A stretch of DNA of 60,950 nt, counting the filler, from Nemertoderma westbladi (taxonomy: Eukaryota > Animalia > Xenacoelomorpha): NCBI GenBank assembly GCA_032718475.1. It is 3 parts of 3 records of this genome, joined end to end, with 100 filler letters (N's around TTAATTAATTAA, not from the genome) between each part and the next. Parts side by side here need not be neighbours in the genome. Positions count along the whole stretch, not along the records: positions 25,507 to 52,268 come from JAUCBJ010003207.1; 2 more parts are not named here. The stretch is one strand, 5' to 3'. The position numbers and the translations under genes are program-made. How positions within the stretch are numbered: the stretch's first letter is position 1; each line of letters begins with the position of its first letter. Positions 26,940 through 38,694 of this stretch are shown here, piece by piece. The notes below the pieces were generated by a model. The model had not been told where the DNA came from. It saw only the letters and a list, made by a program, of their open reading frames with translations, and searched no databases.

Positions 26940-27484
26940 GTTGTTTAAATTATCTTTTAATTGTCTTTCGGGGCTATAAAACTCCTGTTCCACCAACCCC
27001 TTGTAATTTTTAAAATAGCTCATTTATAAAGATTTGAAATGTTCTAAATATTTTAGGTTTTATAAAAAATGTTCTAGAACATATAATTTTGTTCTAGGCC
27101 ACTATCCAAAAGATACAAAAATATAAAAAAACGTTATAGAATGAGAATAACTTGTTCTGGAACATTTTATAAGGAACATTTTCAAGACATTTTCAACAAC
27201 AAAGTGTACATTGTTTATTTTGACCTAATTTATTTGCAGGAAGGATCTAGTTACACTTTGACATTGACATTATCCAATCACAAACAGTATTAGACTGAAG
27301 TAGTTTGTAAAAGGTAAAATCAAGTGCGAAATAGGTCAAAACCAGACCAATCTAGCAACTCGGTTTCCAAATCTATTACCTATTAAAGCAATTAAAACAA
27401 AAACAATTATTATATTACAAAATTACTAGTGACAGGCCTAGCGGCCCGATAAGGAACCGACTTTTTATAAATAAAATAGACGAT

Positions 27485-27728
27485 TGGGGTCGACTCGGCT
27501 CGCTGGACTCGACTCGGCTTGGTCCGGCTCAACTCGGTTCGATTCGGCTCGATCCTCTCGATTCGGCTTGATCGGCTTGACTCAGCTCGATCGGCTCGGT
27601 CTGGGTCGATTGGACTCAACTTGGTTGGACTCGGCTCAATTGGGCTCGACTCATCTCTATTGGGCTCGACTCGGCTCGATCGGCTCGGTACAGCTCGATT
27701 GGGCTCGATTGGTCTTGACTCGGTCTTG
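27485..27728. repeat. degenerate pentamer repeat (GGCTC/GACTC), probably a DNA-transposon subterminal region
   Basis: Runs of CTCGA/CTCGG/CTTGA follow TAGTGACAGGCC at about 27427. Confidence 0.7.
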
Positions 27729-30700
27729 ACTAACTAACAGTATCACATGTGTAAGTGGAGACTAACCATATCGCATGTGTAAGTGGAGACTAACTAACCG
27801 TATCGCATGTGTAAGTGGAGACTAACTAACCGTATCACATGTGTAAGTGGAGACTAACCGTATCGCATGTGTAAGTGGAGACTAACCGTATCGCATGTGT
27901 AAATGGAGACTAACTAACCGTATCACATGTGTAAGTGGAGACTAACTAACCGTATCGCATGTGTAAGTGGAGACTAACCATATCGCATGTGTAAGTGGAG
28001 ACTAACCGTATCGCATGTGTAAATGGAGACTAACTAACCGTATCGCATGTGTAAGTGGAGACAAACCGTATCGCATGTGTAAATGGAGACTAACTAACCG
28101 TATCGCATGTGTAAATGGAGACTAACTAACCGTATCGCATGTGTAAGTGGAGACTAACTAACCGTATCGCATGTGTAAGTGGAGACTAACTAACCGTATC
28201 GCATGTGTAAGTGGAGACTAACCGTATCACATGTGTAAGTGGAGACTAACTAACCGTATCGCATGTGTAAGTGGAGACTAACCGTATCGCATTTGTAAGT
28301 GGAGACTAACTAACCGTATCACATGTGTAAATGGAGACTAACTAACCGTATCGCATGTGTAAGTGGAGACTAACTAACCGTATCACATGTGTAAGTGGAG
28401 ACTAACCGTATCGCATGTGTAAGTGGAGACTAACCGTATCACATGTGTAAGTGGAGACTAACTAACCGTATCACATGTGTAAGTGGAGACTAACCGTATC
28501 GCATGTGTAAGTGGAGACTAACCGTATCACATGTGTAAGTGGAGACTAACCGTATCGCATTTGTAAGTGGAGACTAACTAACCGTATCACATGTGTAAAT
28601 GGAGACTAACTAACCGTATCGCATGTGTAAGTGGAGACTAACTAACCGTATCACATGTGTAAGTGGAGACTAACCGTATCGCATGTGTAAATGGAGACTA
28701 ACTAACCGTATCGCATGTGTAAATGGAGACTAACTAACCGTATCGCATGTGTAAGTGGAGACCAACTAACCTTATCACATGTGTAAATGGAGACTAACTA
28801 ACCGTATCGCATGTGTAAGTGGAGACTAACCGTATCGCATGTGTAAGTGGAGAATAACTAACCGTATCGCATGTGTAAGTGGAGACTAACTAACCGTATC
28901 GCATGTGTAAGTGGAGACTAACCGTATCACATGTGTAAATGGAGACTAACTAACCGTATCACATGTGTAAATGGAGACCAACTAACCGTATCACATGTGT
29001 CAATGGAGACTAACAACCGTATCGCATGTGTAAGTGGAGACTAACTAACCGTATCGCATGTGTAAATGGAGACTAACTAACCATATCGCATGTGTAAGTG
29101 GAGACTAACCGTATCGCATGTGTAAGTGGAGACTAACTAACCGTATCGCATGTGTAAGTGGAGACTAACCGTATCACATGTGTAAATGGAGATTAACTAA
29201 CCGTATCACATGTGTAAGTGGAGACTAACTAACCGTATCGCATGTGTAAGTGGAGACTAACTAACCGTATCGCATGTGTAAGTGGAGACTAACTAACCGT
29301 ATCGCATGTGTAAATGGAGACTAACTAACCGTATCGCATGTGTAAGTGGAGACTAACTAACCGTATCGCATGTGTAAGTGGAGACTAACCGTATCGTATG
29401 TGTAAGTGGAGACTAACCGTATCGTATGTGTAAGTGGAGACTAACTAACCGTATCGCATGTGTAAGTGGAGACTAACTAACCGTATCACATGTGTAAATG
29501 GAGACTAACTAACCGTATCACATGTGTAAATGGAGACTAACCGTATCGTATGTGTAAGTGGAGACTAACCGTATCGCATGTGTAAGTGGAGACTAACTAA
29601 CCGTATCGCATGTGTAAATGGAGACTAACTAACCGTATCGCATGTGTGAGTGGAGACTAACTAACCGTATCGCATGTGTAAGTGGAGACTAACTAACCGT
29701 ATCACATGTGTAAGTGGAGACTAACCGTATCGCATGTGTAAGTGGAGACTAACTAACCGTATCGCATGTGTAAGTGGAGACTAACTAACCGTATCACATG
29801 TGTAAATGGAGACTGTCAATGTAGACATTTTGTCCTGAGCCCAGAAAGACCGGCTTTGGAATCTCGGTGTTTTCAGTCTTTAGCCCAACATTAGTAGGCT
29901 TAATTATAGAACGTATATCTGTTAACTCACAAACAAACCAATTCATATCACATATCAATCAAACTTAACTTAACATTTTACTGCTATTTACTGTCGGTTA
30001 TTCATTATATCTGTTGATGGAATATTATATTTGGAATACTGATAAATAATCAGACACCCCAATCTTCTTGATATACTGAAGGTTAGAGAGACCGGTTACA
30101 TATAACGATTGCGACTTACATTAAAGTGGTTTGAAGTGAATCAAATGCTATTTCATAAGCACTACATGTACCGTCTGTTGTTCTCTTTATATGTGACTAA
30201 AATTAGTGAAGGTCGGCAGATCAGTGTGCAGCATTGCGCAGTATTGTGTATGATTGTGACTGATAACAAAGCATCTCCTAAAGAATGCGCCATATACGTG
30301 AATCTATAGCCATCCCGTTGTGTTTAGTTTAAGTCATAACTCTGTTTACATATTTAGAACGCCACGTCCTAAAGGAACTGTTAATATTTCCAGAAAGTGA
30401 ATAATATTTGTCAGAGATTATATATTACGATCAATCGAATAATACAGTAGGCCTACCCCGCAATACGGTTAGGCTTCCGAATCCAGTCTCCCGGGTATAT
30501 CCAGCGGGTGAATGATCGCGCATAGACTGGCTTCGGCTAATGTAGTGTATCAAATACTTGTCATAGGCTAAAGACGATCTATTATCTAAAAGACATCCCA
30601 ATTTGGCAGGTTAAACTGCTAAAGGTCTGAAAGCGCGAACACTAACCGTATCGCATGTGTAAGTGGAGACTAACTAACCGTATCGCATGTGTAAGTGGAG

Positions 30701-31997
30701 ACTAACTAACCGTATCGCATGTGTAAGTGGAGACTAACTAACCGTATCGCATGTGTAAATGGAGACTAACTAACCGTATCGCATGTGTAAGTGGAGACTA
30801 ACCGTATCGCATGTGTAAGTGGAGACTAACTAACCGTATCGCATGTGTAAGTGGAGACTAACTAACCGTATCGCATGTGTAAATGGAGACTAACTAACCG
30901 TATCGCATGTGTAAGTGGAGACTAACTAACCGTATCGCATGTGTAAATGGAGACTAACGGTATCGCATGTGTAAATGGAGACTAACTAACCGTATCGCAT
31001 GTGTAAGTGGAGACTAACTAACCGTATCGCATGTGTAAGTGGAGACTAACTAACCGTATCGCATGTGTAAGTGGAGACTAACTAACCGTATCGCATGTGT
31101 AAATGGAGACTAACTAACCGTATCGCATGTGTAAGTGGAGACTAACTAACCGTATCACATGTGTAAGTGGAGACTAACTAACCGTATCGCATGTGTAAGT
31201 GGAGACTAACTAACCGTATCGCATGTGTAAGTGGAGACTAACTAACCGTATCGCATGTGTAAATGGAGACTAACCGTATCGCATGTGTAAATGGAGACTA
31301 ACTAACCGTATCGCATGTGTAAGTGGAGACTAACTAACCGTATCGCATGTGTAAGTGGAGACTAACTAACCGTATCGCATGTGTAAATGGAGACTAACCG
31401 TATCGCATGTGTAAATGGAGACTAACTAACCGTATCGCATGTGTAAGTGGAGACTAACTAACCGTATCGCATGTGTAAATGGAGACTAACCGTATCGCAT
31501 GTGTAAGTGGAGACTAACTAACCGTATCGCATGTGTAAGTGGAGACTAACCGTATCGCATGTGTAAGTGGAGACTAACTAACCGTATCGCATGTGTAAAT
31601 GGAGACTAACTAACCGTATCGCATGTGTAAATGGAGACTAACTAACCGTATCGCATGTGTAAGTGGAGACTAACCGTATCGCATGTGTAAGTGGAGACTA
31701 ACCGTATCGCATGTGTAAGTGGAGACTAACTAACCGTATCGCATGTGTAAGTGGAGACTAACCGTATCGCATGTGTAAGTGGAGACTAACTAACCGTATC
31801 GCATGTGTAAATGGAGACTAACTAACCGTATCGCATGTGTAAGTGGAGACTAACCGTATCGCATGTGTAAGTGGAGACTAACCGTATCGCATGTGTAAGT
31901 GGAGACTAACTAACCGTATCACATGTGTAAGTGGAGACTAACCGTATCGCATGTGTAAATGGAGACTAACTAACCGTATCGCATGTGTAAGTGGAGA
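27728..31997 (-). repeat. 28/32-bp intronic satellite made of the WDR24 exon end plus 5' splice site, about 110 copies
   Basis: Minus-strand unit CTCCACTTACACATGCGATACG+GTTAGT(TAGT). The first copy is the coding end (STYTCDT) of the WDR24 exon. An insertion at 29814-30641 interrupts the array. Confidence 0.95.
29814..30641 (-). mobile_element. 828-bp TG...CA insertion in the satellite (putative solo LTR)
   Basis: Unique sequence with sharp edges in the array, bounded by TG and CA and homologous to 2626-3475. There is no canonical 4-6 bp TSD. Confidence 0.7.
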
Positions 31998-32868
31998 GCG
32001 ACGAACAATACTCTGTGTTGAATCCATCCGACTCGGGTTTACTTCTCCTGTTGAACATCATTGGTCGTTGTGATTGGGCGTATTGGGGCTTCTGTAGGAC
32101 AACGCCCCCAAGCGGCGGCTGCAAGGATCGACGCGAGCTGTCGGACGACCCGGTCGCTAGGGCGACTGCGTCCCCTCGGGAGTTCACGCTGAGTCCGACA
32201 GGGGGCGCCATCTCGGCGGTGCGGATCCCGTCTACGCGGCAGTTGAGACGGGCGATGGAGGAATCCTTGGAGACGGTGAGTAAAGTCATCCCCTCGGAGT
32301 CCTGTCGCCACCAAGAGAAGTCTGTGGTAACGTCCTTGTGGTTGTGGAAGGATTGGATGGGGATGTAAGGACGTTTAATATCCCAGATATTCACGGTAAA
32401 GTCGATAAGGAGGGAGGAAGTGGTTAGCTGTCTGGCGAATCCCGGACGCCACTTAACGCGAGCCACCGAGGCTATCGTCTGTATGGTCTGCTTCTCCCGG
32501 ATAGGGGAGACCCCGAGGTCCCAGACCTTGACGAGTTTGTCTCGACCGCCGGTGGCTAGGAGACCGTTGGCTACGTCCAGCGCGAACACTGGCCCCGTGT
32601 GGGCCGTAAAGTCCCACTGTCGTCGGTCCGGGGACCGCAGACTCCATTGCTCCACGGTTCCGTTCTCCAACGCGACGATAAACTCCCGGTTCACGAACAT
32701 TACGTCGCGAACGCGTTCCCCCACGTGGAACGTCTGAACCGAGAGTTTTTCTCGCAGGTCGAACAGCTTCACGAGGCCGTCGTGAGCGCCGCTCAGTAGG
32801 ACGTGGTGCTCGTCGTTATGGAAACGGATACGGTTCACGGTCTGCGCGTGTTCGCTGTACACCGTGTC
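31975..32868 (-). CDS. WDR24: GATOR2 subunit WDR24, second visible coding exon (the gene's 3' part was not found)
   Basis: Acceptor TTTTAG|GAC and donor ACG|GTTAGT, 894 nt, phase 0/0. WD40 repeats LLSGAHDG, FTAHTGPVF, LATGGRDK, QTIASVARVKWRP and IWDIKRPYIP. Confidence 0.9.
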
Positions 32869-33093
32869 CTAAAAGCAAACAACTTAGATTTAATAACAAC
32901 ACCAGTACCGGTATTTCGATTAAGAACCCAGGGTGATAAGGGGAAATCGACGCATAAAATCAGCTGGTTTAGAGAAATATCACATAACCTTTGCTATCAC
33001 GTAACCTTTGCTACTGACTCTCAATTTATTGTTTTGGTTAGAATAGCCAGCATATTACTGGTACGAGCTATTATAATTACCATGGATACCAAC

Positions 33094-33393
33094 CTGTTTA
33101 TTACGGGCTCCCTTCTGCAGGTTCCACAATACAACGGAACCATTAGTAGCTGCGCTAGCTATAACATTCTCATCGAATGGGTTCCAAGCCACATCGGTGG
33201 AACTGTAAGTGAGATTTAGATTCCTCCCAACACGAAGGTTGGCTATCTCTTTAAATTCGCTGTCCTCCACACTGTAGACTTTGAATAGATTGCGACCAAC
33301 AGTGGCAACTCTAAGTCCAATAGGAAGGTCTTTAAGATCCCGCGATGGCGAAAGGGATAACGCGCTGACTGGGAAACCAACGGACGCAGACAT
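33094..33393 (-). CDS. WDR24: WDR24 first visible coding exon
   Basis: NLRVGRNLNLTYSSTDVAWN...ASAATNGSVVLWNL...RNKQ, donor CAG|GTTGGT, splices in frame to 32868. A small upstream exon is possible. Confidence 0.88.
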
Positions 33394-35361
33394 TGTTGTA
33401 GCATTAGTTACAAAGCGAGTCTATCCGCTAGTACTTTATACAGTGTCTAACAACACTCCAACTCCACTAACTCCAGTAGTACCACCCCGCAGTGCCGAAA
33501 TGTTTTTAATACAGTTAATTATTAAAGTACATCACATCAGATCATCATCATCAAATTATAACGTACCTCTCTAGCCTACAGTTGTTATACTAGGCTAATT
33601 AACTTGGAAGAACTCGGAACTGGGGTGATTATGAGAAACAACACAGCATACACTGAGTAGGGATTATTGTGTTGTTGGAAATATGTTGCAATGCTTTATT
33701 AATACACTCATTATTGATTAAGATTTATGGTCAACAACATACAATGTAATATCATATGAGCTAGAGCTAGGTTACATTACACAATAAACATTGTGGGATC
33801 AGTACTGGTATTGGTATAATAATATGTAGGTTTAGCATAAGGTACTCTTACTCACTCATTCAGTATTATAGGCCTATCGCTTTCAACTAACTGCGTAATA
33901 TTTACAAGTTTTCATAAGATATTTTAGGCATTAATATAATATTGAAAAAAACAACAGAGACAGGCAGACAGACATGGAAATGAACTGTTTCAGTGTTCAG
34001 GGAATATCTGCGGCGTGTTTGAGGTTGTTTGTTGTGCCCCATTTAGTTTGCAAAACTGCATTTAATTTACTGAACGTTAGCGAGGTTAATTAAAAATTTG
34101 AATAATATAAGATGAGATGCATCGTTTTTATTTTATGAAGTTTGGTATCTAATACAATAGTAAACATAATAAGAACCTGTGTTCAGAAAAACGATTTTTA
34201 TTTTGATTCCAGAGGTAGTTCCTTGCCCAGACCACCGGTGTAAACATACTTAAAAGGATTAAAGGCGGGTAGCAGATCTGTGGGTGGTATCATTGGTCAA
34301 AATTGAGTTTATTGCCAATATTTCGGCCCAAACATGAAATTATATTGAAACAAATGAACAATATAAAACAAACAACAGGCCTTCAACAGGGCAGCTCGGT
34401 AATGCCTAACTACTGATTTTTATTTAGATGTACAATACTAATGTAGTACATATGTATATTTTGAAAGTTTTTGGTTTTATTGTTGAAATCTAATTGGTGG
34501 CCATAGTATTTGATAATTCAAGTCACCATTCCTGATAGTAATCAATAAAATTTGTTCTCGCTTCAAACTCCAAGAAACCATTACTTGGTTGCACCCAGGA
34601 TTGCACATTTACAACAACTTCTCTTCTGTTGTGTAACAGTAGGTTTGCCCATTACTATATTATACATTATCAGTAGATATGGGGGGGCACACCCATAACC
34701 AAACGAATACAAATATATGCAGGCTAAGCAAACTTACAGTAGATGCCACTCCCATATATAATAATAGAGAGCTGCCTCTCCCCAAGTCAATTAATTAGTA
34801 TGTATTCTTACGAACCTCAATACATTTAACAATATTAGTTTCCGTAGACGAGGCTAGCGATTCCTAATGACATACCATTTCTTTTCCATTATTTTGATGA
34901 ATGCCAACTGAAATTTCCATAGGCCAAAGCAGGGAATTATATTATTATACTGTAATACATAAAAGGATTTTCATTTATCACAGCATTATGCTTGTCTTTC
35001 TACATTATGGAGGATAATTATTTTAATAGTATACCTACAGTATTCTTAAAGAAACCAATATCAGAAGAGACCAAGAGAAATACGATAGAAATACAAATCG
35101 TTTCAAATGTAACAATAATGTATATTGGACTTTGAAATTCTCCAAAATAGTAATTAGACATTATTAATCAAACAGGATTATTAAACACTATGAATCATCG
35201 CTCCTTCCACCGCGAGGGACCGGAATGTACAGTATTGTACTAGAGTAGGCTCTGTGGTGAGTATGTTGGGCATGTTATAGATAATATTAATAAATTTGTA
35301 TATTGTTTATAATACACGAACTCGAATTTGTTACAAACTGTATGAAACATTCATATCATTC

Positions 35362-36576
35362 ATGGGACGACTGCTCAATTTTCCAATTGATGTCCCGGGG
35401 CCAGCAACATTCCTATCCCGTTACGCTGGGTTTCTCGGCTGGTTGCCATGGTTTTTGAGACGATGGATACTTGTGAACAAGGCGAAACCGAGTCAGAGAC
35501 CGGACGATGTTCAAGATGTGTTGGGGAACGATCCCTATAAAATAGATGAGATCGTTCATGGTAAAGTTTGGAAGATTGCCTACGAGTACGCGGATAACCT
35601 CGTAGCCCATCGCAGTCGACTCAAGTTCGTCGACTTTTCTTCTGAAGAATCAATCAATGCCATATTAGCTGAGGCCGCAAAAGATGGTAGAGAGTCCCAC
35701 GCCCAAGCTACAGAAGATATTGAAAGGATGAAAGAAGTCAACAATTTATCACCTGAGGAGGTCCATGCCGGTGGATACGTTAAAGCGGCGAGCAAGAACA
35801 TCAACATGTATGTTGTTAAACTAACATCCGGTGACGTCATATTGTACTGCCCAGTTCACATTCACAGGAATTCCACCTTGTCCAACTTCCTGGATAAACT
35901 GGGCCCCGTTAGGTGGATAATCATTGGCTCATCCTACCACACTCTCTTCCTGCCTTCCGCTATGAAAACCTTTCCAGAAGCGATGGTTGTTGGGGCAACA
36001 GGAGCCGAGCTTAAGCTGAAGGCGGTATCGGCTTTCATCCGCGGCAAATTGGATTATGATGTCACTAAATCGGAGGATAGATGCCACCTAGCGGATAAGT
36101 TTGATGTCAATGAGCTGGAGTTGCTGTTCATCGCCGGGGATGTGTTCAGCCAGGCGATCATCGTTCGTGCGTCCAACGCTCTCCTCGAGGCCGATGTCAT
36201 CTACTCACACCATCCAGGCTGCACCTGCGTCGCCTGCAACCTGCCAATCACCTCCTTCCCCACTTGGAATATTCGTCTACGTCTGTGGACCTTTCGCTCC
36301 AACGAAGTCACTCATCCCGATTACGGTCTTCCCTACTACCGCTTCAGCCTAATGAACCCCGACAGCGTTTTGTACAACATGCTGATAACGCCGCCTCATG
36401 ATGGTGTTAACATCCTCGCTGCTATGGCGGGCTCATTGCGAACGGCTTTAGCGTCGTCCGTGGATGTCGTATGCTCCGTCCACAGCTCGATTCTAACTCC
36501 CGACGATTACAAGAAGAGTGTGGATCGCAACTGGTACTGGTTGGACGGAAAGTCACTACTTAATCAGAATGACTAA
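35362..36576 (+). CDS. DUF4336-like (metallo-beta-lactamase-like fold) protein, single exon
   Basis: Long ORF with first ATG at 35362. MYVVKLTSGDVILYCPV...LDKLGPVRWII..SSYHTLFL.....FPEA resembles the DUF4336 N-terminal motif. The family call is from recall. Confidence 0.65.
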   Translation: MGRLLNFPIDVPGPATFLSRYAGFLGWLPWFLRRWILVNKAKPSQRPDDVQDVLGNDPYKIDEIVHGKVWKIAYEYADNLVAHRSRLKFVDFSSEESINAILAEAAKDGRESHAQATEDIERMKEVNNLSPEEVHAGGYVKAASKNINMYVVKLTSGDVILYCPVHIHRNSTLSNFLDKLGPVRWIIIGSSYHTLFLPSAMKTFPEAMVVGATGAELKLKAVSAFIRGKLDYDVTKSEDRCHLADKFDVNELELLFIAGDVFSQAIIVRASNALLEADVIYSHHPGCTCVACNLPITSFPTWNIRLRLWTFRSNEVTHPDYGLPYYRFSLMNPDSVLYNMLITPPHDGVNILAAMAGSLRTALASSVDVVCSVHSSILTPDDYKKSVDRNWYWLDGKSLLNQND

Positions 36577-36779
36577 GAACTACTGTATATGTAGTATACG
36601 TACACAGGTGGTGGTTCAAAAACAAAAACATTTTACTGTAGAAAATCAACACCCCTCTTCCCCTCATTTCCTAGGGGACAAATTTTTCTACACACTACAC
36701 ACAATACAATACAACACAATAAGTAAATACTAGCAAGCATGCTTTTTCAGGTAAATCGTAAACCTCACATATTATAATT

Positions 36780-36905
36780 TATTATTGGTGTTATAGGTGA
36801 ATGAGTGGTTTCATATTGTTATAACTTTTTGTTAGGCACAGCTTTTGCAAAGTCGGCAATGACGTCCAGGTGGGATCGAACTGGTGACCTCCGGGTTTGA
36901 GCAAC
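36780..36905 (-). mobile_element. possible tRNA-derived SINE fragment
   Basis: Minus-strand AAACCCGGAGGTCACCAGTTCGATCCCACCTGGACG looks like a tRNA 3' half with a B-box. No 5' half is present and the boundaries are uncertain. Confidence 0.4.
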
Positions 36906-37247
36906 ATATCATAATGATACTGTACATTGAAACTAAATAAAAGTTCAGTGTCCTAATTTTCCGGTGGATGGACTTCTTCTCTTCTCTTGTTCTCATTTAA
37001 ATTGCGCTTTGTTGTTAAATTTAAAAATTGTTTACATTTTAAAACATTAGACCATGAATTTGGAAATGTATAAGACTATTTTCTAGAATGTTTAAAGTAA
37101 GTAAAGTTTCTTTGATCGTTAGTTATTTTAACTTACATTGTCTCTGATAACTTTACTTTACTATCTCGCAATGGGCGTTGATTGGACTGAACCAGCGCAA
37201 ATTATTTCTTTATTTATTGGCTTCCTTAACGTGCAATTTAATTTAAC

Positions 37248-38286
37248 CAAGGTATACTAAATAACAGGTCATGCAGCGAGCGGATTGCTGAAATTAGCGT
37301 GGGCCGATCGTTTCCCTATTTATGGCACTATTTTCATAATATTTCCTTAGAAACTTCTTATGTGCTACTTTGGTGAGATGGATATGATGACTAGGATTCA
37401 TAGCAATGTAATAAAATGTGTTTATGGAATTTTTATCTTGTAGTTGCAAAGGTAACCGGGTGCAAATTTCAAACTTTGCGCGCCTGTATTTCAAGGCGAC
37501 AATGGATTCTTTCCTTGATGTTTGGTAGGTGATTAAAGAAAATAAAAGACTATCAAAATATTTTACATTTGAATTTGTTTACATTCCCGTTGCCATGAAA
37601 ATAAGTATAATGAAAAATTGTCTACCAATTCTATAAAACACCATTTTTATTCGGTTTGCCAGTCTAAATAATAAGTTAAAATTACCAACATTTTATTTTA
37701 TAATTCGTTAATTGTGAATCATATTTCTAAAAGTCAATATTTGCCAATAAACTAAACTGTCCAATCAGAGAACAAGACCTGCGATTCCATGATTTTGACA
37801 TTCCAGAATATTAAATTTCAGTTAGCAATTATTAGAAATAAAGGACAGCCACCAGGCATGTTTGTTGAAAATTATATAAATAGTAAATAGTAGCCCAATT
37901 TCTATCTGGCGGTCATAATGGGAAATTATCGTAATTCCCGTCACCAAGGAAACGGGTAGAAAAAAACTTAAATGTAAAATATTTTGATAGACTTTTATTC
38001 CCTTTACTCATATACCAAATCTCACGAACAGAATCCCTTGTCGTCTTGAATTACAGACGCTCCAAAATTGAACTTGCACCCGGTTACCTTGGTAACTACA
38101 AGATAAAAATTCCAGAAACACATTTTATTACATTGCTATGAATCCTAGTCATCATATCCATCTAACCAAAGTAGCACAAGTTTCTAAGGAAATATTATGA
38201 AAAAAGTGCCATAAATAGGGAAACGATCGGCCCACGCTAATTTCAGCAATCCGCTCGCTGCATGACCTGTTATTTAGTACACCTTG
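37248..38286. mobile_element. long-TIR MITE with 8-bp TSD (hAT- or P-element-type)
   Basis: AATTTAAC|CAAGGTATACTAAATAACAGGTCATGC ... GCATGACCTGTTATTTAGTACACCTTG|AATTTAAC, with inverted arms of about 350 bp. Confidence 0.92.
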
Positions 38287-38694
38287 AATTTAACCTAATT
38301 TACATTCTTTATGGTGTAATAATTAATATATTTCGCGAAGATTTGACAGCAGCAAAAATATCACCATTATAACAGTTTTAACAACCTGATTGGTAGATAG
38401 CGTACTTTGGTCTCTAGGTCCTGTTCCTGCGTCTTTAGATGCAGTGATGTTTTTCTAAAAATGTTGATTAAAACTACACAACTTAAACTGAAACCTGTGC
38501 AATTGACACCGTTTATTGTTTTGGTTAGAATAATATTCTGTCGCAGCACATAATGGCGCAGTACGACCAAAGGAGCTAACGACGCAGAACCGTTTGTAGC
38601 TGACAGTTCCAATCATACAGTTGGTGACTTAGAGATTAGGAATTAACACGAATCCCATATCTCCAACCCCATTTACATTTGAACAAAGGTAGTT

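Larger units (their letters stand above)
25956..27007 (+). mobile_element. Penelope-like element remnant with inverted termini
   Basis: A ~29-bp inverted repeat ATTACAAGGGGTTGGTGGAACAGGAGTTT at 25956 and 26979-27007 encloses a minimal hammerhead motif. No ORF remains. Confidence 0.55.

Noticed and set aside
27728-31997. CRISPR-like appearance of the ~30-bp arrays (also 38695-42055 and 58406-60950)
   Set aside because: The monomers are head-to-tail with no unique spacers, there are no cas genes, and the context is eukaryotic.
36860-36905. tRNA gene
   Set aside because: Only a T-arm/B-box-like half is present and no cloverleaf can be built, so it is at most a SINE relic.
38325-38612. Possible two-exon minus-strand C-terminus with a hydrophobic (GPI-like) tail
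   Set aside because: There is no recognisable homology, it needs a ~40-nt intron, and it overlaps the dispersed CTAACCAAAACAATAAAC repeat core.
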